Of a stretch of 64,000 nucleotides of DNA, positions 20,804 to 32,143 are shown piece after piece. The stretch comes from an uncultured Gemmatimonadales bacterium (lineage in GTDB: Bacteria; Gemmatimonadota; Gemmatimonadetes; Gemmatimonadales; GWC2-71-9): NCBI GenBank assembly GCA_963795085.1, contig CAWCFX010000001.1:256001-320000 (forward strand), in the 5' to 3' direction. The stretch's first letter is position 1. Every line of letters begins with the position of its first letter. The translations under genes and the position numbers were made by a program. The notes beneath the pieces are model-generated. The model ran no database searches, had not been told where the DNA came from, and worked only from the letters and a program-made list of their open reading frames with translations.

Positions 20804-22015
20804 ATGGTATCCGCTGTGACGCTGGCCTTGGCCCTCGCCCTGCAGGCGCCTTCGACTGGCCCTGAGCTTCCCCGGCCCACCGGTCCCTTCGCGGTGGGCG
20901 TCGCCCGCTATCAATGGACCGATTCTACCCGGCTCGAGCTGGACCCGGCATCGCCGGGCCGCTCCCGTTCGCTGGTGGTGCGAGTCTGGTACCCCGCTGC
21001 TGGCAATGTGGCACCAACCGGGAGCCCCTATGTCCCCCAGCTCGAGACCTATGCCGCAGAATCGCTGATTGTCCGGACCAGGGGCCTGGTGGCCCGGATG
21101 CGTCACTACGCGGCGAGCGACGCCCCGGTTGCCCCCGGGTCCCGCCGGTTCCCCATCGTGGTGTTCTCCGCCGGGAACGGCGAGATGGAATACATGTACA
21201 CCGCACTTCTCACCGAGCTGGCGAGCCAGGGCTACGTGGTCGCGTCGATCTCCCATCCCGGAGTGGCCAACGTCGTCTTCCCCGATGGCCACGTGGTGCG
21301 CCGCTACCCGCGGCTCTACGACCCCAAGCCCGGCGGGTGGGACAGCGCTTTCGGTACCGGCGCCAGCGTGGCCCTTCGCCGCGCGGTGTACGATACGATG
21401 TACACCGAAGCGGCGAACTATCTCGAGTCAGATGTCTCGCTGGTGCTCGACCGGCTCGCCGCGCCGCACAGCGGCACCGGTCCCCTGGCCGGGAGAATCG
21501 ACCTCGGCAAGGTCGCGACAATCGGCCACTCCTACGGCGGCAACGTCGCCGTGGAAGCCTGCGCCCGCGACCCCCGGGTCAGCGCCTGCGCCAGTCTGGA
21601 CGGCGGGGCGTTTGGCCCGGTGCGGGACATCGGCCTGGCCAAACCGCTGATGATCATCCGCCCGGCCTATGTCAACGACAGCACTCCCCGCGGCCTGGCC
21701 CAGGACCAGATGCTGGGGACCCTCCGCGCCGACGGCTATGACATCATGATCGGCGCTGGCGCCCAGCATCGCTCGTTCATGGACGCGTTCTACATCGACA
21801 ACACCGTGACCGCCGAAGCAACGGTGGCCCGCCGGGTCCACGACATCACCACACGGTATCTGACCGCCTTCCTGGGTCGCTACCTCGAGGGCAGGATGTC
21901 GCCACTGCTGGACGCGGTTCCGGCGGATTTTGCCGAGGTGGGGATGCGGGCGCTTCGTCTGTCGATCCCCGCCGGGGGTGCCTACCGCGACCAGCGAGCG
22001 ACCGCGCTGAGGTGA
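20804..22015 (+). CDS. Secreted alpha/beta hydrolase (PAF-acetylhydrolase/chlorophyllase-like)
   Basis: PTGPFAVG, VWYP, LASQGYVV, GHSYGG nucleophile, SLDG; GGAG RBS. Confidence 0.85.
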   Translation: MVSAVTLALALALQAPSTGPELPRPTGPFAVGVARYQWTDSTRLELDPASPGRSRSLVVRVWYPAAGNVAPTGSPYVPQLETYAAESLIVRTRGLVARMRHYAASDAPVAPGSRRFPIVVFSAGNGEMEYMYTALLTELASQGYVVASISHPGVANVVFPDGHVVRRYPRLYDPKPGGWDSAFGTGASVALRRAVYDTMYTEAANYLESDVSLVLDRLAAPHSGTGPLAGRIDLGKVATIGHSYGGNVAVEACARDPRVSACASLDGGAFGPVRDIGLAKPLMIIRPAYVNDSTPRGLAQDQMLGTLRADGYDIMIGAGAQHRSFMDAFYIDNTVTAEATVARRVHDITTRYLTAFLGRYLEGRMSPLLDAVPADFAEVGMRALRLSIPAGGAYRDQRATALR

Positions 22016-22087
22016 CGGTAGCCGGGGATTCGATTACTATCCTGCCAAAACGTCAGGCTAATCGAGTCCCCGGAGCTACTGCGCCCC

Positions 22088-23014
22088 ATGACCAAACGCG
22101 ACTTCCTCGCCAACACCGACCTGAGCCGCCAGGAAACCCATCGGATCCTCGATCTCGCCGCCGACATGAAGAGCGGCAAGTATCGGGATAAACCGCTGGC
22201 CGGCAAGACGTTAGGAATGGTGTTCGCCAAGAGCAGCACCCGGACCCGGGTCTCCTTCGAAGTGGGGACCTACCAGCTGGGCGGCCACGCTCTCTTTCTC
22301 TCCAGCCGGGACATCCAGTTGGGCCGAGGCGAGCCGATCCGGGATACTGCCCGGGTCCTGAGCCGGTACCTCGACGGGATCATGATCCGGACCTTCGCCC
22401 AGGACGATGTCGTCGAACTGGGGCGCTTCGCCAGCATCCCTATCATCAACGGCCTCACCGACCTGCTCCACCCCTGCCAGCTGCTGGCCGATCTCCTGAC
22501 CGTGAAGGAGAACCTGGGTTCCTGGGAGGGAAAAGTGGTGGCCTGGATCGGCGATGGAAACAACATGGCCAACAGCTGGATCGAATGCGCCGGCCTGCTC
22601 GGCTTCGAGCTCCGGCTGGCCTGCCCGGAAGGCTACGAACCGAACCACGACATCTTCGAGAAGAACGGCCGGCTCACGAAGTTGACCATCACCGAGCTGC
22701 CCGAGGAGGCGGTCCAGGGCGCCCACGTGATCAACACGGACGTCTTCGCCTCCATGGGCCAGGAGGGAGAGGCCGACATCCGGTTGCAGGCGTTCCAGGG
22801 CTACTGCGTGGACGCCAAGCTGATGAAGATGGCGGATCCCAGGGCCATCTTCCTCCACTGTCTCCCGGCGCACCGCGGCGAAGAAGTCTCGGAAGAGGTG
22901 CTCGAGGGTCCCCAGTCTCGAGTCTGGGACCAGGCCGAAAACCGGCTTCACGCGCAGAAGGCGCTGATGGCGTTCCTGATGGGAAACCGGGGAGAAGTGG
23001 CGGGTGAGAGGTGA
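22088..23014 (+). CDS. argF: Ornithine carbamoyltransferase
   Basis: STRTR, HPCQ, SMG, HCLP, QAENR. Confidence 0.95.
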   Translation: MTKRDFLANTDLSRQETHRILDLAADMKSGKYRDKPLAGKTLGMVFAKSSTRTRVSFEVGTYQLGGHALFLSSRDIQLGRGEPIRDTARVLSRYLDGIMIRTFAQDDVVELGRFASIPIINGLTDLLHPCQLLADLLTVKENLGSWEGKVVAWIGDGNNMANSWIECAGLLGFELRLACPEGYEPNHDIFEKNGRLTKLTITELPEEAVQGAHVINTDVFASMGQEGEADIRLQAFQGYCVDAKLMKMADPRAIFLHCLPAHRGEEVSEEVLEGPQSRVWDQAENRLHAQKALMAFLMGNRGEVAGER

Positions 23015-23472
23015 GAAGTGAGCGGGTAGTGGTTCTGCTGCTGGGCTGGCTGGCGGCGTGTACCGGGTCCGCCTCCGAGGTGGGAGAGCTTCCGGAGCCG
23101 TTTACGCATGCCACGGCCATGGAAGACTGCGCCCCCTGGGACGGGGCGGCGGTATCTGTCCTGCTCACCACCCAGCCGATCGACTCGTCCTGGCAGGTCC
23201 GCCTGCCGTCCCTGCGACTCTCGATCTGGCGGGACCTGGCCGCCGTCGAGAACGGGGTCTTCACCTGGCCGGCGGACGAGCAGGTGGGGGTGGCCTCCTG
23301 GTGTGAAACGGAAAACGACTGTGAGTCCGCCCGCGCCGGCCGGGTCCGTTTTCACGGGATGGCTCCCGACAGTCTGCTCACCGGGGAGTTCGATCTCAGC
23401 TTCGCCGGCCGCGGCCAGGTGAAGGGCGGCTTCAAGGCGGCCTGGCGCCACCACCAGATGATGTGCGGGTAA
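23011..23472 (+). CDS. Hypothetical lipoprotein
   Basis: Lipobox LAAC; DCAPWDG motif; GTGA overlap with argF. Confidence 0.65.
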   Translation: MRSERVVVLLLGWLAACTGSASEVGELPEPFTHATAMEDCAPWDGAAVSVLLTTQPIDSSWQVRLPSLRLSIWRDLAAVENGVFTWPADEQVGVASWCETENDCESARAGRVRFHGMAPDSLLTGEFDLSFAGRGQVKGGFKAAWRHHQMMCG

Positions 23473-23492
23473 CTGGAAGACAGGGGACATCC

Positions 23493-24602
23493 ATGACTGA
23501 CAATCTCAAGCGCACGCCGCTCTACGATACCCACAAGGCCCTGGGCGCCAAGCTGGTCCCTTTCGCCGGGTGGGAAATGCCGGTGCAGTACCCAGCGGGC
23601 ATCATCGCCGAGCACAAGGCGGTGCGGAGCCATGCCGGGCTGTTCGATGTCTCCCACATGGGGGAAATCGAAGTGAGCGGGCCGGACCGGAACGCCTTCG
23701 TCAACCGGATGACCACCAACGATGTCGGCGCGCTGGAAGCGGGCGAGGTGCAGTATTCCGCCGTGCTCGCGCCGGAGGGCACCTTCCTCGATGACTGCAC
23801 GGTGTACCGGTTCGAGGACAAGGTGATGCTGGTGGTGAACGCCTCCAACGCCGACCGGATCTGGAACCACCTGGTCGCCAACAAGGGCGGCGCCAACATC
23901 CGGCTCAAGAACATCTCGGAGGACGTGGGCCTGCTGGCCCTGCAGGGTCCAAACGCGGAGAACGTTCTGGCCCCTCACACGCCGGTCCGCCTCCCGGATG
24001 TTGGTTACTACCGGTTCACGACCGGCGAGGTGGCGGGGAGCGGATGCTTCATCTCGCGCACCGGCTACACTGGCGAAGACGGTTTCGAGATCTACTGCCG
24101 CTGGAAAGACACCGAGAATATCTGGAAGGCACTCACCGCGCCGGGCGGCGCCGAGCCGATCGGGCTGGGGGCCCGGGACTCGCTCCGTCTGGAGATGGGG
24201 TACGCGCTCTACGGCCATGAGATTGACGAGAACTCGACGCCGCTGGAGGCGGGCCTCGGCTGGATCGTGAAGCTGGATAAGGGCTCGCCGTTCACCGGCT
24301 CGGAGGCGTTGCGCCGCCAGAAGGAGCACGGGGTGCGGCGCCGGATGGTGGGTTTCGAACTCAAGGGCAAGGGATTTCCCCGGCAGGGCTACCCGGTGTT
24401 CTACGACGGCCGCCAGGTGGACACGGTGCGAAGCGGCACCGTGAGCCCCTCGCTGGGTACCGCGATCGGCACCACCTACCTCCCCATCGAGGGCGCCAAG
24501 GCGGGGACCCGCTTCCAGGTCGAGATCCGGGGCGAGAAGCTCGACGCCGAGGTGGTCAAGATGCCGTTCTACAAGCAGGGATCGGTCCGGAAGGGCAAGT
24601 GA
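23493..24602 (+). CDS. gcvT: Glycine cleavage system aminomethyltransferase
   Basis: [38 protein letters not shown]. Confidence 0.96.
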   Translation: MTDNLKRTPLYDTHKALGAKLVPFAGWEMPVQYPAGIIAEHKAVRSHAGLFDVSHMGEIEVSGPDRNAFVNRMTTNDVGALEAGEVQYSAVLAPEGTFLDDCTVYRFEDKVMLVVNASNADRIWNHLVANKGGANIRLKNISEDVGLLALQGPNAENVLAPHTPVRLPDVGYYRFTTGEVAGSGCFISRTGYTGEDGFEIYCRWKDTENIWKALTAPGGAEPIGLGARDSLRLEMGYALYGHEIDENSTPLEAGLGWIVKLDKGSPFTGSEALRRQKEHGVRRRMVGFELKGKGFPRQGYPVFYDGRQVDTVRSGTVSPSLGTAIGTTYLPIEGAKAGTRFQVEIRGEKLDAEVVKMPFYKQGSVRKGK

Positions 24603-24615
24603 CGCGGGCCTGGAG

Positions 24616-25098
24616 ATGACGATCCGCCTCGCGATCCTGACGATCAGCGACGCCGGGAGCCGGGGCCAGCGGGCGGATACCTCGGGTGACGCGATCGCGG
24701 AGTGGGCGAACGCGAAGGGGTACGAGCAGGCCCAACGGGCCATCGTGCCCGATGCGGCCGACGCGATCACCGGCCAGCTCGTCACCTGGGCCGACCGGGA
24801 GAAGGTGGATGTCATCATCACCACCGGCGGCACCGGTCTCAGCGAGCGGGACATCACCCCGGAAGCCACCGAAAGCGTACTCGACTTCCTGGTGCCCGGC
24901 ATTCCCGAAGCGCTCCGCATGAGCAGCTATGCCCGGTTTCCCCGCGCGATCCTGACCCGCGGGCTCGCCGGCGTCCGCGGCAGCACGCTCATCATCAACC
25001 TGCCCGGCAGTCCCGGCGGGGTGAAAGACGGGTTGGCGGTGCTGGAGAAGGTCCTGGACCACGCGGTGGACCTGTTGCGAGGACACACCGAGCACTGA
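24616..25098 (+). CDS. mog: Molybdopterin adenylyltransferase (MogA/MoaB family)
   Basis: LTISD, TTGGTG, RDITPEA, NLPGSP. Confidence 0.88.
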   Translation: MTIRLAILTISDAGSRGQRADTSGDAIAEWANAKGYEQAQRAIVPDAADAITGQLVTWADREKVDVIITTGGTGLSERDITPEATESVLDFLVPGIPEALRMSSYARFPRAILTRGLAGVRGSTLIINLPGSPGGVKDGLAVLEKVLDHAVDLLRGHTEH

Positions 25099-25109
25099 AG
25101 GGTTTCAGA

Positions 25110-26609
<1,500 letters not shown>

Positions 26610-26639
26610 CCTCCGGAGCCCGACGGTGTGCCCGCTCTC

Positions 26640-26663
26640 AGCCGCCCTCGAGGGCGGCTTTTT
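26640..26663 (+). terminator. Rho-independent terminator
   Basis: AGCCGCCC-TCGA-GGGCGGCT followed by T-run. Confidence 0.75.
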
Positions 26664-26834
26664 CAGCCTCCGGACCGGGTGGGGCGACACTCGCCTGTGG
26701 CGGAGCAACACTGCAGGATGCTGCCTAATGGAAATTACTATACAGTAATAAGAATAGTCGGTATGTAACAGCTTGTCTCCTTTACCGTTATGCGGCAGTT
26801 TCTGGTGTTTTAGAAAATGACGTTTTCGAGGTAG

Positions 26835-26851
26835 TTGGTATCCTCCTTGCT
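26835..26851 (+). promoter_or_regulatory. Putative sigma54 (-24/-12) promoter
   Basis: TTGGTAT-CCTCC-TTGCT, GG-N10-GC spacing; AT-rich upstream tract; next to a sigma54 activator gene. Confidence 0.65.
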
Positions 26852-26957
26852 TCCTGTGCTCCTGCAGTTTCCGCGTCCCTCGCCAAATCAGGCGTTGGCG
26901 GTTGAATCAACCGCGGTATCGGCGCAAGTCACTAACCCTGGATCAGGAGCGGCTCGT

Positions 26958-27632
26958 ATGAAACGCAATCGCCTTATCGGAATGCTCTTTGTGGCCGCCC
27001 TGGTGGCCGTGTTTGTCGGCTGCACGGCAGATCGGGGTGTGTCGGCGCCGAGTGCCGCGGACGAAATCACCGCGCCCACCGACGGCTCGGCTGGGCCGCA
27101 GCTCGGGATAAAGGACAAAGAGCTCAAGGGACGGGTGGACGGGATAAGGGCGCGGTTCGATTCCGTCAAGAAGAACAACCGGGCGGTGCGTGATTCCCTC
27201 CGTGCTCTCTGGAAGGAGTTCAAGAAGAACAATCCGCATGTCAAGAAGAACAACTCGCCGTTCCCGATCTGTGAGCCCAAGGACTATGACTTCGACGTCC
27301 AGGTCATCGGGCCCGAGGGCGGGTCGCTCAAGGTGGGCGGGCATCGCCTGGTCATCCCCGAAGGGGCCCTGGCGGAGTCCACGGTGATCACGGCCGAGCG
27401 TCCGTCGTCGTTCCTGATCGAAGTCCAGTTCTCGCCCCACGGTACGACGTTCCTCGAACAGCCACGGCTTGAGCTGGACTACAGCGACTGTTACCTGCCG
27501 GCAGACCATCAGTACCGGGTGGCCTATGCCTCGGATGACGGCAGGGTGCTGGAGTATCCGGTGTCGGTGGACAAGGGCGGCAATGTCCTGGGGTTCATCT
27601 GGCACTTCTCCCGGTACGCTGTCGCTTTCTAA
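26958..27632 (+). CDS. Lipoprotein with ZU5-like C-terminal domain
   Basis: AGGAG RBS; lipobox FVGC; IGPEGG.L....L.IP.GAL and HFSRY patterns. Confidence 0.75.
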   Translation: MKRNRLIGMLFVAALVAVFVGCTADRGVSAPSAADEITAPTDGSAGPQLGIKDKELKGRVDGIRARFDSVKKNNRAVRDSLRALWKEFKKNNPHVKKNNSPFPICEPKDYDFDVQVIGPEGGSLKVGGHRLVIPEGALAESTVITAERPSSFLIEVQFSPHGTTFLEQPRLELDYSDCYLPADHQYRVAYASDDGRVLEYPVSVDKGGNVLGFIWHFSRYAVAF

Positions 27633-27716
27633 GCGGGCGGATGCAGGGATACGGGGACCCGGGAGAACGCTCCGGGTCCTCGTCTGCTTTTCACGCCGGT
27701 TCTCCTGTCTGCTTCC

Positions 27717-29312
27717 CTATTGCCCGCCCAACCGCTGGATACGCTCATTGGAAATCCGCACCAGGGTATCCCGGATCGTCGGCGTCAGGCGCGCTTCGGC
27801 TGGGGCCACTTCGAGGGTGCGGCGGGCGCTGCGCACCGCGCCGGCGGTGTCGCCCACCGTCTCGTAGGCTTCGGAGAGGCTGTCCCAGGTGTTGGCCGAG
27901 GCGGGATAGAACTCGGTGTTGGCCCTGAACAATTCGATGGCTTCCATCCGTCTGCCATTGGTCATGAGCTGGTAGCCCAGCCGGTTGATCTCCAGCTCCT
28001 GGAGGATCGGCGCCTCGGGGTCGCTTTGTCGAGCCGCGCGGAGACGGCCCATCGCGACCGTAATGCCGGATGACTCGACCAGGGCTACAAACTCCGGCAC
28101 CGTTGGCGCGGGCATCGCCGCGGGGATTCGCTCGAGGGTAATCGCCCCGGCGGGAAAGCCGTTCTCCGCCGGGGTCTTCCCCAGCCACGCGAGCGCCGCC
28201 GCGTCGTGCTTGAGATAGGCGTCGAGGAAACGGCGGATGTACTCCGCGTTGGCCCGCTGGGCCAGCCGCACCGCGGCCACGGCATGGGGCCGTTTCTCCA
28301 GCACCACCGCCGCCGCCATCCCATGGGTGCCGAAGTCCTGGTGCACCAGCGCGGTGTCGTTGAGCAGGTAGCGATAGCGGGTCGAGTAGCGAAGGGCGTG
28401 AAGGCCGTCCAGGTTCTCGTTGGGCTGGCCTTCTTCGCTGCGGAACATGTGAAGGAAGGGGACCCGGACGGCGGCCGGGTTGTAGAAGGGATTCCCCGTC
28501 ATCTGGACGGCGAAGTTGGGATAGAAGATGGCACTCTCCAGCGATACCACCGCCGCGATCTCGGGTGACCGCATGGACGCGAGCAGCGCCGGCATGCCGG
28601 CAAAGCTGAACCCCCAGGTGGCCACCGGCCCGGGATCCACGCTGGACAGATCCCGCATTCTTGCCAGGGCGAACTCCAGGTCCCGGACGTACCACTCCAT
28701 CCGGGCCACCGGGTTGAGGTCGGCGTTGGCGGGCGACCCAACCAGCGCGACCACGTACCCGTGCGATGCGAGGTATTCGCCCAGCGCCTGGTTGCCGCCG
28801 GCGCCCCCCACCCCCACCACCAGGGGGTAGCGGCCTGGCGCCGGAGCGGCGTTCGCCACCGCCGTGAGCGGCGTCGGGCCCAGCCGGGCCCAGACCGCGT
28901 CGTCAATCGGGCCGAAGGGAAAATTGAACGGCCGCTCGTAGAACCCCTTGAGGTCGCGATTCCCCGCGGCCATCTCTTCGGCCGTGGGATCCTCCAGTCG
29001 GTCGTCTATCCCTCCCACTCGCTCGTAGTCCCGGAAGGTCATGACCGCTGCCCGTCCGCTGCCGGTCGCCGGGTACCAGTAGGACAGCACCAGCGGATAC
29101 CCGCGATCCGTCGCGCGCGCGCCCGCCTGGGCCTGATGGATCCGGGTGACATCTCGCAGCTTCAACAGCCGGAACCCGACCCGGTGCGGGCCGGGGACCA
29201 GGTCTCCCCAGAGGGGGCTGGCCACATCGCGGGACGCGGGGGGCTGGCTTTGCTGGGCGGTGGCGGGAATCGGCGCGGCGGCGATCAGGGTGGCCAGGAA
29301 CCAGGTGCGCAT
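27717..29312 (-). CDS. Secreted alpha/beta hydrolase with C-terminal TPR
   Basis: Signal peptide; LASHGYVV, GFSFAG; INRLGY...SANTWDSLSEAY TPR. Confidence 0.8.
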   Translation of the reverse strand: MRTWFLATLIAAAPIPATAQQSQPPASRDVASPLWGDLVPGPHRVGFRLLKLRDVTRIHQAQAGARATDRGYPLVLSYWYPATGSGRAAVMTFRDYERVGGIDDRLEDPTAEEMAAGNRDLKGFYERPFNFPFGPIDDAVWARLGPTPLTAVANAAPAPGRYPLVVGVGGAGGNQALGEYLASHGYVVALVGSPANADLNPVARMEWYVRDLEFALARMRDLSSVDPGPVATWGFSFAGMPALLASMRSPEIAAVVSLESAIFYPNFAVQMTGNPFYNPAAVRVPFLHMFRSEEGQPNENLDGLHALRYSTRYRYLLNDTALVHQDFGTHGMAAAVVLEKRPHAVAAVRLAQRANAEYIRRFLDAYLKHDAAALAWLGKTPAENGFPAGAITLERIPAAMPAPTVPEFVALVESSGITVAMGRLRAARQSDPEAPILQELEINRLGYQLMTNGRRMEAIELFRANTEFYPASANTWDSLSEAYETVGDTAGAVRSARRTLEVAPAEARLTPTIRDTLVRISNERIQRLGGQ

Positions 29313-29540
29313 CGAAGCCTCGGGAAGGGTGAAGGTCGCACCGACCTACGGGGTTCCGGTGGTGAAGTTCCCGGCGTTGCAAGGTGGAGTATTCAAGGGG
29401 CCCGCCGAGACCGGGGGGTGGGGCCGTCGACGGGGGCCGCCCCCGGTCCAGGAGAGGACCCGGGGGATCCGGTCAGGAAATTACCCGGCCCGCCTATTCT
29501 AAGTCCCTGAATCGCAGGGATTTGCACCCTTTCATCTCTC

Positions 29541-29569
29541 TTGACACGAGAGGTGCAACACCGAATATT
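29541..29569 (+). promoter_or_regulatory. Putative sigma70 promoter of the GGDEF gene, with inverted repeats around the -35
   Basis: TTGACA-N17-AATATT; flanked by CTCTC/GAGAG and TTGCACC/GGTGCAA. Confidence 0.5.
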
Positions 29570-29602
29570 ACCTAGTCCTCTCACGCCTTCCCGGATCCCC
29601 TG

Positions 29603-31315
29603 GTGATTTTTTCGATCGACTCGACGTCGTGTGTCGCTTGTCTTGCCTGCGTCCGGGTCTGTCCGACCGAGGCGGTCGCGTTCGAGGATCCGGTCGTGCG
29701 CATCGTGGACGAGCGGTGCATCCGCTGCGGCCAGTGTGTCCCGGCCTGCCCTCACGACGCCATTGACGTGAGCGGGCAGATCGGGCGGGCGCTGTCGATT
29801 GCGGCGCAGGGGGGCGGCATCCTGATCCTGAGCCCCGAGGTCGCGGCCCACTTCCACCCGCTGACGCCGGAGCAGGTCATCAACGCCTGCTACGCCGCGG
29901 GGTACCGGTCGGTGTACCGCGGCGTGATCGGCGACGAGCTGGTGGCGGGCGAATATCTCAAGCTCTGGGACGACGATTCCTGGGGCACCATGCTTCGCTC
30001 CACCGACCCGGTGGTGGTCGAGACGATCACCAGCATCTACCCCGAGCTGGTGCCGTACCTGGCTCCCATCACCTATCCGCCGATCGCGGAGGCGCGCTAC
30101 CTCCGGGCGCTCTACGGCAGCGAGCTGCCGATCGTCTTTGCCGGCATCTGCCCGCCGGTGGGCGCGCCGGAGCTGGATGCCGGGATCACCTTCCACGACC
30201 TGGAGCAGTTGCTCAAGTTGCGGGGGGTGAACGTGGCGGCGATGGCGACCTTCTTTACCCGGATTCCAGAGGAACGGCGCCGCCACCTCTCGGCGGCGGG
30301 CGGGCTGCCGCTGGCCATGCTGGAGGAGGTCCGCCAGGCGGACGGGCGGTTCCGGAAGGTACGCGGCCTGGAGACCCTCCCGGCGCTGGTCCAGGCGATT
30401 ACGGTGGACCGGTTGGACCTGGGCTTCGTGGACATCCTGTCTTACGAGGGCTCCCTGGACCACCCGCTCTCGGGCCCGCCCGAGAAGTACTTCTGGCGCC
30501 GGTCGGTGGTGCAGCGGAGCGAGCCGCCCCGGAGCCCCGACCCGGTGGTGGACTCGGCGGTGGTGGCCAGCGTGGGCGCGACTTTCGAGGTGCATCCCCG
30601 GCGCCGCGCCGCCCTGCCGGACCCGGCCGCCGTCGAGAGCGTGCTCCACGCGATCGGCACCGGGCCCAACGGCCGGCCCTGGGACTGCCGGGCCTGCGGC
30701 TTCGAGACCTGCCAGCGCTTCGCGGAGGCGGCGGCGGGCGGGCGGGCCCTGATCCGGCAGTGCGTCATCTGGCAGGAGCACCGGGCCGATTCCGCGCAGC
30801 AGGAGGCGGCGGTAGATACCCTCACCGGGCTCGCCACCTTCAAGGTGCTCCGGGACCGGATCGGCTACGAAATCGAACGCAGCAAGCGGAGCGGCGAAGG
30901 CTTCGCGCTGCTCTTCATTGACCTGGACCATTTCAAGGTGGTCAACGACCGGTTCGGCCATGAATCGGGCAACGAGGTGCTCCGCTCGGTCGCCGGCGAG
31001 ATCCGGGCGGCGGTCCGGGCCAGCGACCTGGCGGCGCGCTACGGGGGCGATGAGTTCGTGGTGATCCTGACCCGGACCGACCTGGCCGGCGCCAACCGGG
31101 TGGCGGAGGCGCTGCGGGCCGGCATCGAGGGAGTGGGCCGGCGGCTGGGGTACGAGGTGGGTCTGGTGACGGCCAGCGTGGGGGTGGCGGAGTTCAACCC
31201 CAGCCGGCCGGCCGATGGCGACCTGATGGTCCTGGCCGACCGGGCGCTGTACGTGGCCAAGTCGGCCGGCAAGAACGCGGTGGGGACGCCGGACGGGGTC
31301 CTGGTGTCGGATTAA
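29603..31315 (+). CDS. Diguanylate cyclase with N-terminal 2x[4Fe-4S], [FeFe]-hydrogenase-like and FeS domains
   Basis: CVACLACVRVCP, CIRCGQCVPACP; DCRACGFETC...C; DTLTGL, DLDHFKVVND.FGH, RASD I-site, RYGGDEF. Confidence 0.88.
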   Translation: MIFSIDSTSCVACLACVRVCPTEAVAFEDPVVRIVDERCIRCGQCVPACPHDAIDVSGQIGRALSIAAQGGGILILSPEVAAHFHPLTPEQVINACYAAGYRSVYRGVIGDELVAGEYLKLWDDDSWGTMLRSTDPVVVETITSIYPELVPYLAPITYPPIAEARYLRALYGSELPIVFAGICPPVGAPELDAGITFHDLEQLLKLRGVNVAAMATFFTRIPEERRRHLSAAGGLPLAMLEEVRQADGRFRKVRGLETLPALVQAITVDRLDLGFVDILSYEGSLDHPLSGPPEKYFWRRSVVQRSEPPRSPDPVVDSAVVASVGATFEVHPRRRAALPDPAAVESVLHAIGTGPNGRPWDCRACGFETCQRFAEAAAGGRALIRQCVIWQEHRADSAQQEAAVDTLTGLATFKVLRDRIGYEIERSKRSGEGFALLFIDLDHFKVVNDRFGHESGNEVLRSVAGEIRAAVRASDLAARYGGDEFVVILTRTDLAGANRVAEALRAGIEGVGRRLGYEVGLVTASVGVAEFNPSRPADGDLMVLADRALYVAKSAGKNAVGTPDGVLVSD

Positions 31316-31402
31316 GACTTTTTGCCCGGGCGCCGATATACCAGACGGCGGCACCGGGGGCATCCTGTTGGCTGACCATTCCTCGGCAACCACGAGACTG
31401 AT

Positions 31403-32143
31403 TTGACCTCTTTCTCCCCCCGTTACGACGCCTCGGCAGGCCGCCCCGGCGGCACCGCCGACACGGCCGGCCAGCCCGATCCCTGGGGGGTCCGCCGGGC
31501 CGAGAACCTGCTCACCAGCCTGGAAGGGGTACTCTCGGCGCGGGTGGTGACGACGCCGCTGGGCGAGGTGAGCGAGGTCCATATCCTGGCGCAGTCGGGG
31601 CTGTCACCCAAGCAGATCGTCCGGAACATCGAGTCCGCCCTGCTGGCGCAGTTGGGCCTCAAGATCGACCACCGGAAGATCAGCGTGGCGCAGACGGCCG
31701 AGGTGCGGCCGCTGGAGGCGCTGGACCGGGATGCGGTGCGGGAGCGCTCCATGCAGCGGGGGCTCCTGTTCGACTCGCTGGCGGTGGCGCCGGGGCGGCC
31801 CCACCGGATCTCGATCCGGGTGGCGCTGTCGTTCGACGGGCAGAGCGAGAACGCCGAAGAGGAGGCCAGCGACACTCCGCGGAGCCGGGTGGAGGGGGCG
31901 GCCCGGGCCAGCACCCAGGTGCTGGACAAGCTGCTCAAGGACCACTCGGTGGCGCTGGAGGGAGCCCGGATCATCGAGGCCTTCGACCGCCAGTTTGTAT
32001 TCGCGGCGGTACAGGGGCTGGGCGGGCGGGAGTCGGTGCTGCTGACCGGAACGGCGGAGATCAAGGAAAGCGCGGAACGCGCGGCGGTGTTCGCGGTGCT
32101 GGATGCCACCAACCGGTGGATCGCGGCGCGGCGGCCGAGCTAA
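31403..32143 (+). CDS. Uncharacterised protein (LEGVLSARVV...PKQIVRNIES...IDHRKISVAQ...AVLDATNR)
   Basis: Long ORF with genome-typical codon usage between the GGDEF and HD-GYP genes; start uncertain. Confidence 0.8.
   Translation: MTSFSPRYDASAGRPGGTADTAGQPDPWGVRRAENLLTSLEGVLSARVVTTPLGEVSEVHILAQSGLSPKQIVRNIESALLAQLGLKIDHRKISVAQTAEVRPLEALDRDAVRERSMQRGLLFDSLAVAPGRPHRISIRVALSFDGQSENAEEEASDTPRSRVEGAARASTQVLDKLLKDHSVALEGARIIEAFDRQFVFAAVQGLGGRESVLLTGTAEIKESAERAAVFAVLDATNRWIAARRPS

Noticed and set aside
29603..31315. Catalytic [FeFe] hydrogenase
   Set aside because: H-cluster cysteine motifs are largely missing and there are no maturase genes in the window
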